Assembly: GCA_965249725.1 (NCBI GenBank) | Contig: CBDFMQ010000002.1 | Coordinates: forward strand, 2,880,001-2,944,000 | DNA length: 64,000 nt | From: Longimicrobiales bacterium | GTDB lineage: Bacteria; Gemmatimonadota; Gemmatimonadetes; Longimicrobiales; Gaopeijiaceae | Direction of reading: 5' to 3' | Part shown: piece after piece, positions 60,893-64,000 of the stretch | Position numbering within the stretch: the first letter of the stretch is position 1 | Layout: every line of letters begins with the position of its first letter | The notes under the pieces: model-generated | What the model saw: the letters and a program-made list of their open reading frames with translations, nothing else | Told to the model about the DNA's origin: nothing | Databases searched by the model: none | Program-made: the position numbers and the translations under genes

Positions 60893-61810
60893 TCACCACG
60901 CCTCTACGGCTTCAGTGGCCCAGGGAGTTCGGGCGCACGACCCGCTGCCCCGCTCCACCATCCGCCGGAACAAAAGGACCGCGCTGTCTTGCAGTGCGCG
61001 TTTCGTGGGCTCCAGCGCGGCCCCGGCAGCGGCCCCGGCAGCGGCCCCGGCAGCGTCCCCGGCGGCGGCCCTGGCGACGGCCCAGGCAGCGGCCCCGGCA
61101 GCGTCCCAGGCAGCGGCCCCGGCAGCGTCCCAGGCAGCGGCCCAGGCGGCGGCCCCGGCGGCCCCGGCGGCGGCCCCGGCGGCGGCCCTGGTGGCGTCCA
61201 CGGCGGCGGCCCTGGCGGCGGCCCAGGCAGCGGCCCCGGCAGCGTCCCCGGCAGCGTCCCAGGCAGCGTCCCAGGCAGCGGCCCAGGCAGCGTCCCCGGC
61301 AGCGGCCCAGGCAGCGGCCCAGGCGGCGGCCCCGGCGGCCCCGGCGGCGACCCCGTCCGATCTGCGAACAGCTCCTAACCTCCCTCGCGCAGCATCGAGC
61401 GTTTCCATGTTTACGATCTCGGGGAGCGACTCCAGTCCCTCAGCGTCCGTGTCCAGGCGGGCCAGCCGCAGCCATGCGGGCGTATAGGTACGGACGATCC
61501 AATCCATCGCCATGAAGCCGCGAGCCTCGACCTGGCCATCGCTCGCCGTGCCGACGAGCGCCGGGATGAGTGGCTTCAGCCGCCCTCGTCGCTCGACGTC
61601 CAGACGGTCGTTGAGGTCGCGCCCGAACGCGCCGAGCACCGGGCAGACGCATTTCGGTTCATCGCTGTGCGGCTCGCGCGCCAGCCAGGCGACGGCCTCC
61701 ATGAGGCACACGCCTTCGTCCGGGCCCTGGTGCGATCCATTTTCCAGCCTCAGGCGCCCGAACTCCTCCGCGCTCCGCCAGAACCACGGTTCGCTACGTG
61801 TCTCTTCCAT
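60893..61810 (-). CDS. Phage protein with Ala-rich AAWD/AAGA repeats
   Basis: GSH...GVCLMEAVAWLAREPHSDEPKCVCPVL...LNDRL then about 110 aa of 4-residue repeats; GGAG RBS. Confidence 0.85.
   Translation of the reverse strand: MEETRSEPWFWRSAEEFGRLRLENGSHQGPDEGVCLMEAVAWLAREPHSDEPKCVCPVLGAFGRDLNDRLDVERRGRLKPLIPALVGTASDGQVEARGFMAMDWIVRTYTPAWLRLARLDTDAEGLESLPEIVNMETLDAARGRLGAVRRSDGVAAGAAGAAAWAAAWAAAGDAAWAAAWDAAWDAAGDAAGAAAWAAARAAAVDATRAAAGAAAGAAGAAAWAAAWDAAGAAAWDAAGAAAWAVARAAAGDAAGAAAGAAAGAALEPTKRALQDSAVLLFRRMVERGSGSCARTPWATEAVEAW
61016..61350 (-). repeat. Degenerate 12-bp coding tandem repeat (units AAWD, AAWA, AAGA, AAGD, AARA)
   Basis: Recurrent cccaggcagcgg, cccaggcagcgt and ccccggcagcgg units on the + strand. 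Confidence 0.92.
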
Positions 61811-61813
61811 GAC

Positions 61814-61939
61814 TTAAGCTCCCTTTGTGTCTTGTTCGTCGTCGTCCCAATCGAACGGGTCCACGCTTTTCATCGCCCAGTGCGCTGCGACCAGCAGAGC
61901 GAAACCGAGGACCACCACAGCGAGCCCGAGCCAGCTCAT
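61814..61939 (-). CDS. 41-aa single-TM phage protein with acidic tail; not in the ORF track
   Basis: MSWLGLAVVVLGFALLVAAHWAMKSVDPFDWDDDEQDTKGA*; ATGA overlap with the upstream gene. Confidence 0.72.
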   Translation of the reverse strand: MSWLGLAVVVLGFALLVAAHWAMKSVDPFDWDDDEQDTKGA

Positions 61940-62184
61940 TGGTCTAGCTCCACCACGGCCTCAGGGCCGCCCACGCGCAGCGCATGGACAAGCTCGCGCC
62001 GCTTCGATTCGATGTCGTCGAGCCGCGTGAACGAGGTGTCCACACACGTCTGAGCGAGGTCGCGGAACCCCACCGCGCTTTCGGCCAGGCGAGCGTTGTG
62101 TACCTCGGCCCTCCACCAGCCGATGGCCGTGAAGAGCAGGCCCAAGAGCAGCAGGAACCGTTTCAGCGCTTCGACGTCGATCAT
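61936..62184 (-). CDS. Small TM plus coiled-coil phage protein
   Basis: GGAGG RBS; MIDVEALKRFLLLLGLLFTAIGWW...; ATGA overlaps at both ends. Confidence 0.75.
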   Translation of the reverse strand: MIDVEALKRFLLLLGLLFTAIGWWRAEVHNARLAESAVGFRDLAQTCVDTSFTRLDDIESKRRELVHALRVGGPEAVVELDQ

Positions 62185-62309
62185 CGGTGGTGCGCCTCCT
62201 GGGTCTCGGACTCCTCGTCTTCTTCGCTGGCCTCGAACCACGCGAGCCCGGCGAGCAGCGCAAGGCACGGCACCACCACGTCGAGCGCTATCCACTGGGC
62301 GGCGGTCAT
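62181..62309 (-). CDS. 42-aa single-TM phage protein with acidic tail; not in the ORF track
   Basis: MTAAQWIALDVVVPCLALLAGLAWFEASEEDEESETQEAHHR*; GAGG RBS; ATGA overlaps at both ends. Confidence 0.72.
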   Translation of the reverse strand: MTAAQWIALDVVVPCLALLAGLAWFEASEEDEESETQEAHHR

Positions 62310-62656
62310 TGGCCTGTCCTCACGACCCAGACGGCGCACCGCCGTCCGGTATGCGGAGAATTTCTACGGTGCCCGGAGTCGCGGATCATGCCGAGCTTCA
62401 CGAGCTCGTTACGGCGGGCGCATACGCTCTGGCGCAGCATCGACAGGCCGCCTTCTATCTCCGCGTCGGTGGCCCCAGCGTCGCCCCGTGCCAGGATGTA
62501 GCCGTAGACCTCGGCCCGCTTGGTCGGCGCACATTCAGCTGCGCTCCGTGCCGCCTCGCGCGACGTGTCGGAGCCCTTCTGGTGCGGGGGCAGCCCTCCG
62601 TAGGGCTGCCGCTCATCGAGGAAGAGCGGCAGGCCCGTCAGTTCGGCCGGCCTCAC
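62306..62656 (-). CDS. Winged-helix phage protein
   Basis: DTSREAA...GATDAEIEGGLSMLRQSVCARRNELVKLGMIRDSGHRR...GRRCAVW. Confidence 0.8.
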   Translation of the reverse strand: MRPAELTGLPLFLDERQPYGGLPPHQKGSDTSREAARSAAECAPTKRAEVYGYILARGDAGATDAEIEGGLSMLRQSVCARRNELVKLGMIRDSGHRRNSPHTGRRCAVWVVRTGQ

Positions 62657-63789
62657 ACCGGCCTCGGGATGGAGTGTTCTGCCCGCAGAGGTACTGCCAC
62701 AAAGACCACCGGGTCGCCGTCTACGGGTTCGATGCGTATCGGCCTAGTGGCTTCGCTCAATTTTTCGCTCAATCTCAGGATCATGCGTCCACTGACACTG
62801 CGCGCGATCTGGCGCAGATACACAGCGTTGACAGCGAACGTGATGTCTCCCTGAACGTCGGCGGCGAGCGTCTCCTCGTATCCGCCCCTGTCTGTGGAGT
62901 CCGAGCGGAAGAGCGCCCTACCGTCGTAGAGATCGACCTGAAGCCGGAAGAAATCCTCGCGCATGACGGAAACAGCCAGCCCACAGGCTCTGGCAACGGA
63001 TGTCGCTTCCAGCTCGGCGCTGACCGGGCAATCGGCGGCGTCAGGGGTCACACGATCGAGGTCGGGATACTTCCCTTCCTTTTGCGATACCCGAAGCGTC
63101 TCGTACCCAGCGGCGAAATCGGCCCAGCGGCGATCCCAGCGAAAGCGTACATCCTTATCGCCCGCGCGCTTGGCCAATGCCGCCAGCAGAGGCGCGTCCT
63201 GTCGCGCAATCATCAGGGACAGCCCGGCGGGCGCCTCGATCCGTGAGTCGTACCGGCCGAGCACGTGGCCGCTCGTGGCTTCGACTGTGAGGTGCCCTTC
63301 GCGCTCCCGAAAATGCACACAGGCGAGGAGCGGGCGGGCGACGCCCTCGGTGGACGCGGCCCAGGTGGTCCGGTCCAGCGCGTCGCGTAGTACGGATGCC
63401 GGCACCTCCACCTCTCCCGCCGACTCGATGTCCCCGAACAGAGGCCAGTCGCTAACCGATAGCGTGGGCAGGGTCACCGAGGCGGAACCGCCGCGCGCCG
63501 TGCGTGGCCCTTCACCGTTTCCAGACAACTCGATCGTCTCGCCGGATGCGTGCTCGGCGAGCGCCAACAGGCCGTCGGGCCGGATCAACATCCGGCCTTC
63601 CTCGCACACGTCGCACTCGACCTGCACAGAGCCCCAACGCTGCAGGTCCGTGGCCTGGAGCTCCAACCCGTCCTCGCGGGCCGCAACATGGATCATGTCC
63701 AGCACCGGCAAAACGGAGCGGGACGCCTGGACCTTGGAAACAGTGGCCAGTGCGGTGCGCAACGCCTTGGCTTCGACGGTTGCTTTCAC
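62653..63789 (-). CDS. dnaN: Prophage-encoded DNA polymerase III beta sliding clamp
   Basis: 378 aa; PVLDMI...LELQATDL; WAASTE..RPLLACV; EATSGHVL; EGKYPDLDRV; FAVNAVYL; VAVPLR. Confidence 0.88.
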   Translation of the reverse strand: MKATVEAKALRTALATVSKVQASRSVLPVLDMIHVAAREDGLELQATDLQRWGSVQVECDVCEEGRMLIRPDGLLALAEHASGETIELSGNGEGPRTARGGSASVTLPTLSVSDWPLFGDIESAGEVEVPASVLRDALDRTTWAASTEGVARPLLACVHFREREGHLTVEATSGHVLGRYDSRIEAPAGLSLMIARQDAPLLAALAKRAGDKDVRFRWDRRWADFAAGYETLRVSQKEGKYPDLDRVTPDAADCPVSAELEATSVARACGLAVSVMREDFFRLQVDLYDGRALFRSDSTDRGGYEETLAADVQGDITFAVNAVYLRQIARSVSGRMILRLSEKLSEATRPIRIEPVDGDPVVFVAVPLRAEHSIPRPV

Positions 63790-64000
63790 GTGGCCAGCTC
63801 CTCTTCATGGATCGCCAGCGCGAGGCGTTCCAGCTTGGCAAGCTCGGCGACCATACTCTCGATGTCGGCGCCCAGCCGGAACCGCTCGTCCTCGTCGTCA
63901 TTCGCCCTGCGTCTTTTGGCCTCAAGCCGAGCAATTGTGCTCCGACACGAACGCAGCTCGCCGAACACCCGCGCTCGCCCCTCGCCGGGCGGCGGGATCT
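63786..64000 (-). CDS. Small coiled-coil phage protein; 5' end uncertain or outside the window
   Basis: GTGA overlap with dnaN; IARLEAKRRR...VAELAKLERLA. Confidence 0.55.
   Translation of the reverse strand, partial: IPPPGEGRARVFGELRSCRSTIARLEAKRRRANDDEDERFRLGADIESMVAELAKLERLALAIHEEELAT

Larger units (their letters stand above)
59342..64000 (-). mobile_element. Prophage or integrative element, integrase-proximal end; continues beyond the window
   Basis: Integrase, xis, tightly coupled small ORFs and dnaN all on one strand; AT-richer segment at 59342-59405. Confidence 0.88.

Noticed and set aside
61016..61350. Possible CRISPR array or DGR repeat
   Set aside because: Contiguous coding units without unique spacers; no cas or reverse transcriptase gene in the window.
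60625..61515. Plus-strand ORFs with RPRQ, GPGS and AAPA repeats
   Set aside because: Alternative frames of the 12-bp repeat; only the minus frame has an RBS and a globular N-terminal domain.
61984..63246. 420-aa plus-strand ORF in the prophage
   Set aside because: Opposite a chain of coupled minus-strand genes with recognisable products.

Overview
High-GC bacterial chromosome segment. The gene repertoire (PadR plus orphan duplicated FtsX permeases, two Hanks kinases with TPR or TolB-like tails, VPS10/BNR hydrolase, several PQQ beta-propellers, many exported peptidases) suggests Gemmatimonadota, an inference from gene content only. Most of 1-59 kb is housekeeping or peptide-scavenging genes (uup, aroF, recQ, DEAD-box helicase, trxA, M14/M19/M20/M24/M28 peptidases), plus a VapBC pair and a type III PKS with its methyltransferase. 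Two accessory regions stand out. (1) At ~41.2-43.8 kb a TPR protein converges on a 45-aa exported peptide gene missing from the ORF track (MKKLIAVLMFLVVAGLSTTA-CNTTPVDPAWECDPPWPTPNGWTCP), which lies downstream of an XRE-like HTH gene. This is a candidate peptide-TPR signalling system. (2) From ~59.34 kb to the window end lies one end of a prophage (tyrosine integrase, excisionase, Ala-rich repeat protein, its own DNA polymerase III beta clamp), apparently inserted in an Asp/Asn beta-hydroxylase gene. Several damaged genes were found by hand: an Na/Pi symporter fragment, an internally deleted cupin, an M24 peptidase with an in-frame TAG, and a frameshifted MFS transporter. No rRNA, tRNA or CRISPR array was recognised. 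All family calls come from motif recognition by eye, not database searches.
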